Of a stretch of DNA of 64,000 nt, positions 28,997-38,827 are shown one piece after another (within the stretch, counting starts at the first letter, position 1; each line of letters starts with the position of its first letter). Below the pieces are notes generated by a model. The model had not been told where the DNA came from. It searched no databases and saw nothing but the letters and a program-made list of their open reading frames with translations. A program made the translations under genes and the position numbers. This stretch comes from Candidatus Aminicenantes bacterium (GTDB taxonomy: Bacteria; Acidobacteriota; Aminicenantia; Aminicenantales; Saccharicenantaceae): assembly GCA_963727095.1 (NCBI GenBank), contig CAVSEQ010000005.1:1428280-1492279 (forward strand). The letters are read 5' to 3'.

Positions 28997-30259
28997 ATGG
29001 ACAGCATCACGGACACCAACGAAGTCGAGAGACATGACGTCGTCGTCATCGGCGGAGGGCCGGCCGGGCTCGCCGCCGCCTTGGGCGCCCGACGCGCCGG
29101 CGCCGCGGACGTTCTCCTCATCGAGCGCGATAAAAACCTTGGGGGCATCCTGAACCAGTGCGTTCATGACGGGTTCGGCCTCTTCCTTTATAACGAATCG
29201 ATCTCGGGGCCCGAGTACGCCGAGAGGCTTGCCGAAGACGCCGTCAAAGAGAGCGTCCGCTGCGAAACCGGGGCCATGGCTCTCGACCTGAGTCCTGACG
29301 GCATGCTGCGGGTCAACTCCCGCTCGGGCTACCGGCTCATCCGTGCCTCGGCGGTCGTACTGGCCATGGGCTGCCGCGAGCGAACCCGGGAGATGATCGA
29401 GATTCCCGGGACGCGGCCGGCGGGAATTTTCACGGCCGGTTCGGCCCAGAACCTCGTCAACCTTCAAAACATCCGGATCGGCACCAACGCGGTCATCCTC
29501 GGCTCGGGCGACATCGGACTGATCATGGCCAGGCGCCTCGTCTTCGAAGGGATTCGCGTCAGCGGGGTCTTCGAGATCATGCCGTGGCCGAACGGACTCG
29601 AACGAAATGTTCGTCAATGCCTGTTGGACTTCGGCATTCCGTTGGAGCTCTCGCACACGGTCATTGAAGTCAACGGGAGGGACAGGGTGAAGAGCGTCAC
29701 GGTCGCGGCGGTGGATGACAGCCTCGACCCCGTCCCGGGCACGGAGCGCGAAGTCCCGTGCGACACGCTGCTCCTTTCGGTCGGCTTAATTCCCGAGAAC
29801 GAACTCTCGAAGCGGGCGGGCGTCGAGCTCTCGCCGCTCACGGGAGGGGCCGTCGTGGACGAAACGCTGATGACCTCGGTTCCGGGCATTTTTTCATGCG
29901 GCAATGTGCTCCATATCCACGACGTCGCGGACTTCGCATCGCATGAGGGCTTCGAGGCTGGGGCGCATGCCGCCCGTTTCGCTATGGAGGGGCTTGGGTC
30001 CGGGGAAAAATTCCGGATTGTGCCGGGAACGAATATCCGCTATGTCCTTCCTCAGCTCGTCCGGCCGGGCACCACGCAGTTCGAGTTGAATTTCCGTGTT
30101 ACACGGCCGGTGAGGGAGTGCCGCGTCAGCGTCCGGGGCCGGGCATCAGGGAAAACCTATTTCCATAAAAAATATCGGCGCCTCCTGCCTTCGGAGCTCC
30201 AGAGGATCATGATCCGGCCCGCCGTTGAAGACGAAATGGAGATTGAATGCCATGAGTGA
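28997..30259 (+). CDS. FAD/NAD(P)-binding oxidoreductase (pyridine nucleotide-disulfide oxidoreductase family)
   Basis: DVVVIGGGPAGLAAA FAD motif plus a second Rossmann motif (ILGSGDIG). Confidence 0.75.
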   Translation: MDSITDTNEVERHDVVVIGGGPAGLAAALGARRAGAADVLLIERDKNLGGILNQCVHDGFGLFLYNESISGPEYAERLAEDAVKESVRCETGAMALDLSPDGMLRVNSRSGYRLIRASAVVLAMGCRERTREMIEIPGTRPAGIFTAGSAQNLVNLQNIRIGTNAVILGSGDIGLIMARRLVFEGIRVSGVFEIMPWPNGLERNVRQCLLDFGIPLELSHTVIEVNGRDRVKSVTVAAVDDSLDPVPGTEREVPCDTLLLSVGLIPENELSKRAGVELSPLTGGAVVDETLMTSVPGIFSCGNVLHIHDVADFASHEGFEAGAHAARFAMEGLGSGEKFRIVPGTNIRYVLPQLVRPGTTQFELNFRVTRPVRECRVSVRGRASGKTYFHKKYRRLLPSELQRIMIRPAVEDEMEIECHE

Positions 30260-30641
30260 TCGGCCTGACGAAGGGCACGCAGCTCCCGTCGAGCGCCTGA
30301 CGTGCGTCCTTTGCCCTGTCGGCTGCGAGCTTGAAGTGGGGCGAACCGAACGCGGGCTCGATATCAAAGGAAGTGTTTGTGAAAAAGGGATCGATTTCGC
30401 GACAGAGGAGATCCTCTACCCAAAAAGAAACCTGGCCACGTCGGTCCCGGTCAGAGGATCGGCGTCGCGGATGGTCTCGGTCCGTTTGACCGACCGGGTG
30501 GCGCGGGAGAAAGTCTTTCCGGTGCTGGCCGAGATCGGAAAGCTCAGGCCCGAGCTGCCTGTCGAGCGCGGCCAAGTCCTCCTCGAAAACGTCCTGGGAA
30601 CGGGCGTCGATGTTATCGCCACCCGCACCGTCAAGAAATAA
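30252..30641 (+). CDS. DUF1667 domain protein (Cys-rich; partner of the two preceding FAD oxidoreductases)
   Basis: CVLCPVGC..C cluster; overlaps the upstream gene by 8 nt. Confidence 0.65.
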   Translation: MSDRPDEGHAAPVERLTCVLCPVGCELEVGRTERGLDIKGSVCEKGIDFATEEILYPKRNLATSVPVRGSASRMVSVRLTDRVAREKVFPVLAEIGKLRPELPVERGQVLLENVLGTGVDVIATRTVKK

Positions 30642-30680
30642 GAAGAAGGGGTCAAACCTAGACTTTTCACTTCTACGCCT

Positions 30681-30810
30681 CTTCTCAGGTATTTCCCACC
30701 AGTGAGGCCAAGAGGTAAGACCTGTTTAAGACATTTCTCGCTGGTGAGGCTCCGAGTCACTCCGCCTCACCAGTGTTGGTCGCTCCCGGGAGTCCGCTCC
30801 CTGCCGGAGA
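30681..30810. repeat. interspersed hairpin repeat (CCACCAGTGAGGC units), overlapping the 3' end of the Maf-RlmD CDS
   Basis: Units at 30695-30708, 30741-30750 (ctggtgaggc) and 30764-30775 (reverse complement). Confidence 0.6.
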
Positions 30811-32741
30811 ATGGTCAGGGTTTCGATGAGCGGCGTGTGCGGGAAAAAGTCGAAGGGCGTGATTGTCGCAACCCGATATCCTCGGGCCATGAACTTTTTG
30901 ACGTCACGGACAAGCGACGCCGGATTGCAGGAGACGTACGCGATCGTCGGCGTCTCGATGGTCGACACGTGCTTCATGGCGACAGGCGATATCCCCGCGC
31001 GCGGCGGGTCCAAGATCAGGAGATCGGGGGCCGGCTCCGCCGAGTTCCGAGGGAGCGTCTCGACGGCCCCGTTCATAAAAACGCAGTTGGCGATTCCGTT
31101 GATCGCGGCGTTTTCCACGGCATTCCGGATATTTTCGACGGACAGATCGATGCCCGTCACCTCAGCCACAAGCCGGGAAAGCCCGATCTCGATGGCGCCG
31201 GAGCCGCAATAGAGACCCAGAACGCGGCTCGTCGGCGAAAGGCCAGCTTCCTTTCCCAGCGCTTCGTACAGCCGTTCCGCAGCCGCGGTGTTGGTTTGGA
31301 AGAAGGTCTCCGGGTAGATCCTGAACGCCAGCCCGCCGAGCCGCTCCTCGATCCATGGGTCGCCGAGGACCACGTGCTTGTCGCCGAAGTTTACGAGATC
31401 GCAGACGCGGCTGTTGACGACGCGATAAAAACTTTTCAACCGGGGCAATCGCCGGGCCAGCGCATCGGCCAGGGGCAGAAAATCGACCTCGGGCGCCGGC
31501 GCGGTCACGACGAGAATCATCAGGTCTCCGGTCCGTTTCCCCTCACGAACGACCAGGTGTCTGAGAACTCCTTGTCCCGTCCGCGTGTTGTGCGGGCCGA
31601 GCCCCTGGGACCGGGCGAATTGAAGAACTGTCGGAAAAAGGCTCTCGACGAAAGGACCCAGGATCGGGCATTGCGCCAAGGCGACGGTGCGGCTTCGGGA
31701 TTTCCGCAGGTTCTGGCCGCGCTGCCTGAGACCGATGACCAGGTCCCCGCCTTCCTCGCCGAAGCCGAACTCCATCTTGTTCCGGTACCCGTAGATCTCG
31801 GGCGATGGAACGACGTCCCGCAGGTGACCGTTTCCGCCCTCAAAAACGCCTGCTTCGCCCAGGATGCGTTCGAGGCGCCGGCTTTTGATCTCGAGTTGTT
31901 TTTGATAGTCGGTGGATTGGAAAACGCAGCCGCCGCAGCTGCCGAAGTGCGGGCAGACGGGTTCGACCCGGAATGGCGAGGAACGCTCGACCCGGACGAT
32001 CTCGGCCACAGCCGCGTCGACGCGGTCGCGGACGATTTGGACGCGCACGGCGTCGCCGATGACGGCGCCGGGGATGAGAAGCTTGCGGCCGCCTGACCGG
32101 GCCACCCCCTCGTTTCCCGGGAAATTGACATCCTCCACGTCCACTCGGACGGTCGGCGCCCTGAATCGGGCCAGCATATCGGCGACCTTTTTGACCGGAA
32201 ATCCGACCACGTTATCATAGTCGCCTTTGAGATGGGCCACGAAGGCGTCGCCGATATCCTGCACGGCATAGGCCCCCGCTTTGTCCACATATTCGCCCTT
32301 GTCGAGATAGGCCTCGATCATCTCCTCCGTGAGCGGCCGGAAGGTGACGTAGGTCAGCTCGCTTCCTGCCATAAGCCGCTCCTCGGATTTGCGATACAGG
32401 GCAACGCCCGTGATCACGCGGTGACGCCGGCCTGAGAGACGCTCGAGCATGGCCCGCGCCGACGCCCGGCCGTCCGGCTTGCCGAGGATGTACCGTTCGA
32501 CAGCAACCACAGTGTCGGCGCCGATGACGATCGCCTCGGGAAACGATTCGGCCGCCGCTTTGGCCTTCAGAATGGCGGCCTTTATGGCGAACTTGACGGG
32601 GTCGGTTTCCGTGACGGAAGACTCGTCCACGTCGACCGGATAGACCCGGAAAGCGGCCGTGATGCGGGCCATGAGTTCGCGGCGCCTCGGCGAACGCGAG
32701 GCCAATACGACCTCCACTGGCTTGTCTGCTTTTTCGGCCAT
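30726..32741 (-). CDS. bifunctional fusion protein: N-terminal Maf-like nucleoside-triphosphate pyrophosphatase plus C-terminal 23S rRNA (uracil-5)-methyltransferase (RlmD/RumA-like)
   Basis: One continuous 671-aa frame. Maf motifs (LASRSPRRREL, GADTVVA) occupy about aa 1-190. A TRAM domain, four Cys ([4Fe-4S]-type: CPHFGSCGGC...C) and a SAM motif (LGLYCGSGAIE) occupy about aa 200-650. Confidence 0.8.
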   Translation of the reverse strand: MAEKADKPVEVVLASRSPRRRELMARITAAFRVYPVDVDESSVTETDPVKFAIKAAILKAKAAAESFPEAIVIGADTVVAVERYILGKPDGRASARAMLERLSGRRHRVITGVALYRKSEERLMAGSELTYVTFRPLTEEMIEAYLDKGEYVDKAGAYAVQDIGDAFVAHLKGDYDNVVGFPVKKVADMLARFRAPTVRVDVEDVNFPGNEGVARSGGRKLLIPGAVIGDAVRVQIVRDRVDAAVAEIVRVERSSPFRVEPVCPHFGSCGGCVFQSTDYQKQLEIKSRRLERILGEAGVFEGGNGHLRDVVPSPEIYGYRNKMEFGFGEEGGDLVIGLRQRGQNLRKSRSRTVALAQCPILGPFVESLFPTVLQFARSQGLGPHNTRTGQGVLRHLVVREGKRTGDLMILVVTAPAPEVDFLPLADALARRLPRLKSFYRVVNSRVCDLVNFGDKHVVLGDPWIEERLGGLAFRIYPETFFQTNTAAAERLYEALGKEAGLSPTSRVLGLYCGSGAIEIGLSRLVAEVTGIDLSVENIRNAVENAAINGIANCVFMNGAVETLPRNSAEPAPDLLILDPPRAGISPVAMKHVSTIETPTIAYVSCNPASLVRDVKKFMARGYRVATITPFDFFPHTPLIETLTILRQGADSRERPTLVRRSDSEPHQREMS

Positions 32742-32886
32742 GTCCTCCCCATTTTACACGATTCCAGGGCCGAGGGGGCCTCAAAAGCGAGTGGATGGGT
32801 GGCGCGGCGGTGCTCCCCGACGGACGCAGGTGAATTCCAAGACTAAATTCCGATATTTCCCAGAATTGCGGCTCTGGGCAAGCTCG

Positions 32887-33170
32887 AAGACTCGTTTCTG
32901 ATATGTCCCACCAGTGAGGCGTCGAGCCCTCTGCCTCAATGGTGCTGGTCGCTGCGAAGAGTGCGCTCCCTGCCGCTCCCTGCCGCTGGGGGTTCCAAGG
33001 GGCGGCTTCCCCCTGGTCCGAGTATGCTCTCTGCGGCCGAGGAGGGGTGGCTTCGGAGGGGGAAGTTTCCCCTCCGCCCACGGGGGATGGGTGGAGCGAA
33101 GTCCGCTCGGGGACACTGCCGGAACAGGACCCATCCCACCATGCGATCTGAAGATGAGAACACGCTGAGT
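32887..33170. repeat. interspersed hairpin repeat (5' module plus GC-rich stem-loops)
   Basis: gaagactcgtttctgatatgtcccaccagtgaggcgtcgagc, then the tandem repeat gctccctgccg x2, then long-range stems. Confidence 0.6.
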
Positions 33171-33205
33171 CCGATATCGCTTGAAGCGGGGGCCCTCCCG
33201 AGCCC

Positions 33206-35557
33206 CTATAAGATCGGCCGCTGATCTTTGAATATGGCCTCGTCTTTGGCGTCGCCGAAGAAATAAAGAACGGAGGACATCGGCTCGAGCTCGGCATCGA
33301 AGGACGCGGCGTTGCGGGCGATCGTCTTCTTCCCGAAAACGTCATGCACGACATCGACGCGCCTGGGCAGCCGGAATGTCCGCTTGCCGCCCCCAACCGA
33401 ATGGACGCCGAGGAGGCTGTGGTTGGCGAAAAGCACGTCGCCGGCGTCGCTCCAGATATGGACGCCCGCCCAGCGAGCGATTCCTCGAAGCACAGGCGCC
33501 GGCAGGTTCGGCGCAGCGCTCCAGACGGACTTCCAGCCGCCGAACTCCTTTACCGCGAAACCCGGCCGGCAGTTTCCCTGCGAATAAACGACCTCGCCCA
33601 GCACCCGCGCCGCAGGGTCATCGATGTAGAAGAGAGGCGCCAGCTTATTGTTCGTCCCCCAGACAAGCTCCTGATCAACCCCGGCCGTGATGGGGTGGCC
33701 GAAATCGGTGACATGGACGAGCGGCCCCCAGGGTTGTTCGCCCAAGCCGAAATGCATTCCCGTCAAGGCCTCCATATTCTCCACGGCGGGCGCGTCCTTG
33801 ACGTATCCCGGTGCGTAAATCCAGAGCGCCACTCGGCCGTCGCGCCGGATTTCCCGCGCCGCCGCCTCTCGCTCTTCCTTATTCAACCGGAGAGGATTCA
33901 GGAAAATGTAGAGCTTATAAGGCGGGAGCTTCCCGGCCAGAAAATCATTGAGGAGGTAGGTGTCGAAGGGCGCGCCCATCTTGGGCAGCCCCCACAACCT
34001 CTGCTGGAAAATGAGGGGAATATCCAGGTTGGTGCGACAAGTCTCGTAGAAAAAGCTCTCATCATCGAGAAGCACTGCGACCTCTGAGGCCGAGCTTCGG
34101 TCGAGATCCATGGATCGCTCCCCCGTCTCCCGAAAATCCTGCAACAGAGAGGCGAAGGCCGGTTCCTTCACGGCGTCGACCTTCCAGAGAGCCCACCAGC
34201 AACCTTCCGCGTGCGTCAGGTAATGGGCCAGGTTCCGGGTCAGGACGGTCCGGCTGGCGGAGAGAGTTTTCACCTGCCCGTAATTCGGGTCCTCGGCATC
34301 CACATGTGTCCGGGTGTCGTCCTCGACCAGGAGCAGCTTCCCGTGGAACCGCACCGATTCAGCCGGGAGCATGCTCGGACTGTCCCCTCCCATGCCGCGG
34401 AAGCCGTAACTGTATGGGCTGACCAGAAAATCGACGTGCGGCGACTCGAGGACTTTCCTGAGGCCGAGGTGGCCCGACCGCTGGTACGTCGAGTAGTCGG
34501 AATCCGGCCGCTCCCGGAAAAACCCGCCGTTCCAGGCGAGGTCCATGACGTAGCCGTAGAACGCGCCCGCCACGCGCTTGCCGCCCGCGGCCTCTTTCGC
34601 CGTGCGGCACAATTCGATGACATCGTCGGCGCAGAGCTCGGCGAAGGCCCTGAAGTAGTCGATCACGTCCGCCTCGGCCGCCGGGTCACGGAAGGTATAG
34701 AGCCTGGCCTCGAGCTGCCGCGCGGCCACAGGAACCGCGGCCGTTTCGAAGCTCGTCTTCGGGTTGTGCCAGGCCTCCCGCAACTGTCTAACGTCATTTC
34801 CATATCGCCGCCTGAGCCAGTCCTGGAAATAGACTCGCATCGGCCGGCTGAAATCGCCGCAGAGGCTGTACATCGACGATTCTCCCTTGACCCATTCCCC
34901 GGTGTGGCCGGCGCCGACCTGCAAGGCCGCGACCCGGCCGAAAAGGCCGGTCTTCCGGAAGTGATCGACATAGGCCGCGAGAAAATCCTTGGCCTGGCCG
35001 AGCCAGACTTTCGAAGCGAACGACATGCCGTTCCGCCGGCCGTCGAACATCACCTCGCATTCGTCGGGAAAGGCTTTTTCCCACCAATCGTCATGTCCCG
35101 TCTCGAGGTAGATCCGAAGGTGGAAGAGGGCCTGGGGATCGGCCCGGAGCACGTGCGAAAAACGTGCCTCTACGGTCGAAAAGTCAAAATCTCCCGTCCG
35201 TCCCGGCCCCGGTCCGACCCATTCCGTACCCTTGCCGACATCGAACGCATAGATGTGGATGCCGGTCTCCGCGCTGTGTTTGGCCTGGGCCTCGAAATCC
35301 CATTTGTCCGGCTGAGGCCCGGCGACCCAGTTGATGGCCGGGAAGACGGGTTTGCCGTCAAGGAAAAGGGCGGGGCTTCCATTGTGGAACTTGACTTCCG
35401 CGAGCTCGATGCCGCCTTGGGCTGCGGGAAGCCGGCCCTGCGCCACGGCTCCGTGGGGCACATGCGCGGCCGCTGAGCGCCGTGCCAAGCCTTGCATGAC
35501 TCCCGTTGTGCCAAAAACCGACAATGGGGCCATCTTCAAAACGTCTCTTCGCTTCAT
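33206..35557 (-). CDS. Tat-secreted glycoside hydrolase-like protein (GH42/beta-galactosidase-like fold); function unresolved
   Basis: MKRRDVLK Tat signal; 783 aa; the family assignment is tentative. Confidence 0.55.
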   Translation of the reverse strand: MKRRDVLKMAPLSVFGTTGVMQGLARRSAAAHVPHGAVAQGRLPAAQGGIELAEVKFHNGSPALFLDGKPVFPAINWVAGPQPDKWDFEAQAKHSAETGIHIYAFDVGKGTEWVGPGPGRTGDFDFSTVEARFSHVLRADPQALFHLRIYLETGHDDWWEKAFPDECEVMFDGRRNGMSFASKVWLGQAKDFLAAYVDHFRKTGLFGRVAALQVGAGHTGEWVKGESSMYSLCGDFSRPMRVYFQDWLRRRYGNDVRQLREAWHNPKTSFETAAVPVAARQLEARLYTFRDPAAEADVIDYFRAFAELCADDVIELCRTAKEAAGGKRVAGAFYGYVMDLAWNGGFFRERPDSDYSTYQRSGHLGLRKVLESPHVDFLVSPYSYGFRGMGGDSPSMLPAESVRFHGKLLLVEDDTRTHVDAEDPNYGQVKTLSASRTVLTRNLAHYLTHAEGCWWALWKVDAVKEPAFASLLQDFRETGERSMDLDRSSASEVAVLLDDESFFYETCRTNLDIPLIFQQRLWGLPKMGAPFDTYLLNDFLAGKLPPYKLYIFLNPLRLNKEEREAAAREIRRDGRVALWIYAPGYVKDAPAVENMEALTGMHFGLGEQPWGPLVHVTDFGHPITAGVDQELVWGTNNKLAPLFYIDDPAARVLGEVVYSQGNCRPGFAVKEFGGWKSVWSAAPNLPAPVLRGIARWAGVHIWSDAGDVLFANHSLLGVHSVGGGKRTFRLPRRVDVVHDVFGKKTIARNAASFDAELEPMSSVLYFFGDAKDEAIFKDQRPIL

Positions 35558-35761
35558 TGTATCCCTCTTCGTTCACGGGCCGGACTCATGCTCATACATA
35601 CATACCAAACGAAGCCACGGCGTACAAGCGGCGCTGAAGCCGCCCTTGACGCCCGCGCTTTCATTAAAAGGAAATCTTGATTCGGTATTCCTCGGCGCAT
35701 TTAAACTGCGCAGGCAACATCCGGGACGATTTTGCGTATAATCAGGAAAAGGAGGCCGCTC

Positions 35762-37801
35762 ATGAACCGAAACGCTTTCTCTCGGAAGGTCGTACGACAG
35801 ACGGTTTTGGCGGGCCTTTTCGCCGCGACGAGCTTGGCCTACGATTCCGCGCCGGCCGGAGGTTTCCGGGTCCCCAAGGACCCGCCCGGGGCTGACTATG
35901 TTCTTGAGGCGAAACTCGCCGTCGGGGGCGAGACGGCTACAGTCGACGGCCGCGGCACCATCGGGCTCACCAACACGAACTCCCTGCCGCTTTCCATCGT
36001 GGCGATCGAATGGACGGGCGGTCAAGATCAGATCGCAGGCCTCGTGACCCTGGACGGCCGGGCCCTTCGCTGCCTCAATGCGGCGATGAATCTGCCGCCC
36101 GCGACGCCTCTCTTTTTCGAACTGCCCCGGCCGCTCGAGCGAGGCGCGAAGATCAAGCTCAGTGTCCGATTCACATATAAGACAAGCATCCGCGCCGGGC
36201 AGATAGACCTCCAGGCCTGGTATCCGCGTCTCTGGTGGGAGGGGATTCCCGTTCGCGACGAATTCAAGGTCAAGCTGGAGGCGCCTGCGGGGTGGGTCAC
36301 GGCGGCCAGCGGCCGGCTCGATCCCAAGACGGGTTATTACGAAAACGGAAGCGTGACGACGCGTTTCGGTTTCTTTCTCTCCAATGCGATGAAGAGCGAG
36401 CGCCGTGAGTCCGAGGGCATCGAGCTCACCGCTCTCTTCACGGACAAAGGCAAGGCCTGCGCCCTCCATTGCCTGGAAGCCGCCGCCGACATTATCAGGT
36501 TCTATAAGGGATGGCTGGGCGTCTATCCCCACCGGTCCCTGTGCATCATCCCCGGCCAGCCCAAGCCCGTCGGCGGCTACCCCTACGCTTCCGGGATCGT
36601 GGTCATCCACGGCGAGGAAGCTTATAACCCCCAGCAGACAGGAAAAAGCCCGAACTGGTGGACGTGGATCACCGCTCACGAAATCGGACACCAGTTTTGG
36701 GGTGAGTTCGTCATGCCCGGCGACGTCCGGGGAGATTTCACGGATTCGTGGCTCATGATCGGGCTGGGCATCTGCGCCGACAAGGAGTACATGCTGAAAC
36801 GCGGCTTCGGGTGGAAGGAACATCAGGATTTCCTCGACCGTTATCTCCAGGGCGTGCGTGAGCGAAACGACACGACCATGGATGCCCCGCCGTCCCTTGC
36901 CCGGACCCAGAAGTTCGATGTCAACAACGTCATCATCCACGGCAAGGGGTTCGCCGTCATGAGCGCCCTCGAAACATTGCTGGGCAACAAGACCTTTGAC
37001 AGGATCTATCGGGCGACGATCGCGTCATGCGCCGGAAAGCGCCTGGCCTGGCGCGAATTCCGGACCATATGCGAGAACGAGACAGGCGAGGACCTGGGCT
37101 GGTTTTTCGAGGATTGGGTCCGCTCCAATAAATTCCTCGAGTGCCGGATCACGTCCGAGACATCCGAGCCCAAGCCGGAAGGGGGATTCGCGAGCGCCGT
37201 CGGGATCGAATACGGAACGGATTCCCTGCGGATGCCGGTCCCATTGGAGGCCGTTTTCGAGGATGGAGCGCGGGAACTCCGCTGGACGGATCGGTTTGCG
37301 GCGAAGGACATTGTGCGTTTCGAGAGCCGTGCCAAACTCAAAGAAACCAGGCTCGACCCCGAGCACAGATTGGCCGTCGTCGAAAAATCGCTGCCCAAAA
37401 CCGCCGCAGACCTGGAAGACGCTTTGGACGCCTTGGATTGGACTGGAACCGGCGAGGCCGCCCTCGACATCTACCGCCAGCCGCAGACGGCGGAGATCAA
37501 AGCGCCTCACGTCTGGTTCAAGATGGGCTTGCTCCTTTATGACGGACGGCACTACTCTGAGTCGTTCGAGGCCTTCAAAAAATCGGCCGGCTTTGGGACA
37601 TCGGAAGGCGACCGTTTCGGCGGGTTCGTCTGGATGGGGATCACCAAAGACGTCCTGGGCGAGCGGGACAAGGCGATCGAGTTCTACCGGGAGGCCCTCA
37701 AACACGACTCGGGCCGGACGATGCAGCACGACCAGTACCGCCTGCGGATCAACAAGGCCTGGGTCGAGGAACGTCTGAAAACGCCGTTCAAGCGCGATTG
37801 A
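35762..37801 (+). CDS. M1-like (gluzincin) zinc metallopeptidase with signal peptide
   Basis: HEIGHQFWGE motif (HEXXH plus the M1-type HQxxG). The downstream WLNEG-equivalent reads WLMIG. AAAAGGAGG RBS. Confidence 0.7.
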   Translation: MNRNAFSRKVVRQTVLAGLFAATSLAYDSAPAGGFRVPKDPPGADYVLEAKLAVGGETATVDGRGTIGLTNTNSLPLSIVAIEWTGGQDQIAGLVTLDGRALRCLNAAMNLPPATPLFFELPRPLERGAKIKLSVRFTYKTSIRAGQIDLQAWYPRLWWEGIPVRDEFKVKLEAPAGWVTAASGRLDPKTGYYENGSVTTRFGFFLSNAMKSERRESEGIELTALFTDKGKACALHCLEAAADIIRFYKGWLGVYPHRSLCIIPGQPKPVGGYPYASGIVVIHGEEAYNPQQTGKSPNWWTWITAHEIGHQFWGEFVMPGDVRGDFTDSWLMIGLGICADKEYMLKRGFGWKEHQDFLDRYLQGVRERNDTTMDAPPSLARTQKFDVNNVIIHGKGFAVMSALETLLGNKTFDRIYRATIASCAGKRLAWREFRTICENETGEDLGWFFEDWVRSNKFLECRITSETSEPKPEGGFASAVGIEYGTDSLRMPVPLEAVFEDGARELRWTDRFAAKDIVRFESRAKLKETRLDPEHRLAVVEKSLPKTAADLEDALDALDWTGTGEAALDIYRQPQTAEIKAPHVWFKMGLLLYDGRHYSESFEAFKKSAGFGTSEGDRFGGFVWMGITKDVLGERDKAIEFYREALKHDSGRTMQHDQYRLRINKAWVEERLKTPFKRD

Positions 37802-37845
37802 TGCCGGCATGACCGACTTCTCAGCCGGCTCTATCATTTTTTCTG
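37802..37845 (+). terminator. Rho-independent terminator
   Basis: Hairpin gccggc..gccggc followed by tctatcattttttc. Confidence 0.5.
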
Positions 37846-38080
37846 GAAAAATACCGGGCCACGGAGCAATGGCGCGTCTTATCCGGGTCAAGGTCAATGA
37901 AGACATCGCGGCGTGAATTTATCTCGGACCCACGCCGCCCGTGGCATCAGGAACGCGACGTCATTCGCTGTCTGGGTCGACGCCGAGTACGTCAAGGCCT
38001 TCGATGATCCCGGATTCATCGGGGAGTACGGCCAGGGGTTTTCGCGCATCGGCACTTGAGACGCCGGCCGGCAAACGGTC

Positions 38081-38650
38081 CTATTTTTTTTTGATTTGAT
38101 AGCGGATGATCGTGCGGTAATCCGCGGGGCTCTTGGCCATATTAGGGCCGCTCAGGTATTCCTCTTCATGAGGACCGGCAATGACGTAACCGTTGTCCTC
38201 GATGTACTTGATGAGCTTTTCGATCGCTGGCATTTCCTTGTCATAAGGGCCGACGTAGAGGATCTCGGCCACCTCCCCGTAATCCCAATTCTCAATGCGG
38301 ACACCCGTGACGCCCGGGGGCAAGGATGCCACCGAGTCCGGCAGCGGCAGGGCATAGAGGCCGACCCAATCCGCCTTGGGGTCGCCCATTTTGTTCAACC
38401 ATCTGGCCCTGGGGGCTACCATGCTGACGCCCGGCATGCTGAAAAACGTACTGAAGAGCAGAGAAAAAGCCGGTCCCGCGGAGATATTGGGATCTCCCTT
38501 GGCTTCGACGACAAGAACCTTTTGCCGGGGCATGGTCCGCGTCTGCGGCTCTTTCAGGCGATCGGAGCCTGCGGAATCCTGCGAAGCCCAAGCGGCGAGG
38601 CAGAAGACAAGAAGGCCCGCGACCGAACCGGCGACGGATTTTTTGCTCAT
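38081..38650 (-). CDS. secreted GyrI-like small-molecule-binding domain protein
   Basis: Signal peptide; a C-terminal half typical of GyrI-like/AraC-effector domains (YVGPY...GPHEEEYLSGP). Confidence 0.55.
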   Translation of the reverse strand: MSKKSVAGSVAGLLVFCLAAWASQDSAGSDRLKEPQTRTMPRQKVLVVEAKGDPNISAGPAFSLLFSTFFSMPGVSMVAPRARWLNKMGDPKADWVGLYALPLPDSVASLPPGVTGVRIENWDYGEVAEILYVGPYDKEMPAIEKLIKYIEDNGYVIAGPHEEEYLSGPNMAKSPADYRTIIRYQIKKK

Positions 38651-38827
38651 GGAGCACCTCCCGTGTGTGCCCTATTTTAAGCCGACAGGCTTCTTCGGCG
38701 CAACCAAGACATCATGCGGTCCGCACCTTTCTCGCGAGGAAGGCGCCTCTTGCCCTCTGCCCGAAAATCCTCAAGGCGCGTTGGCAAACTCAAGGGAATG
38801 TGCATAGAATAGGGCCGGAGAAAAACC

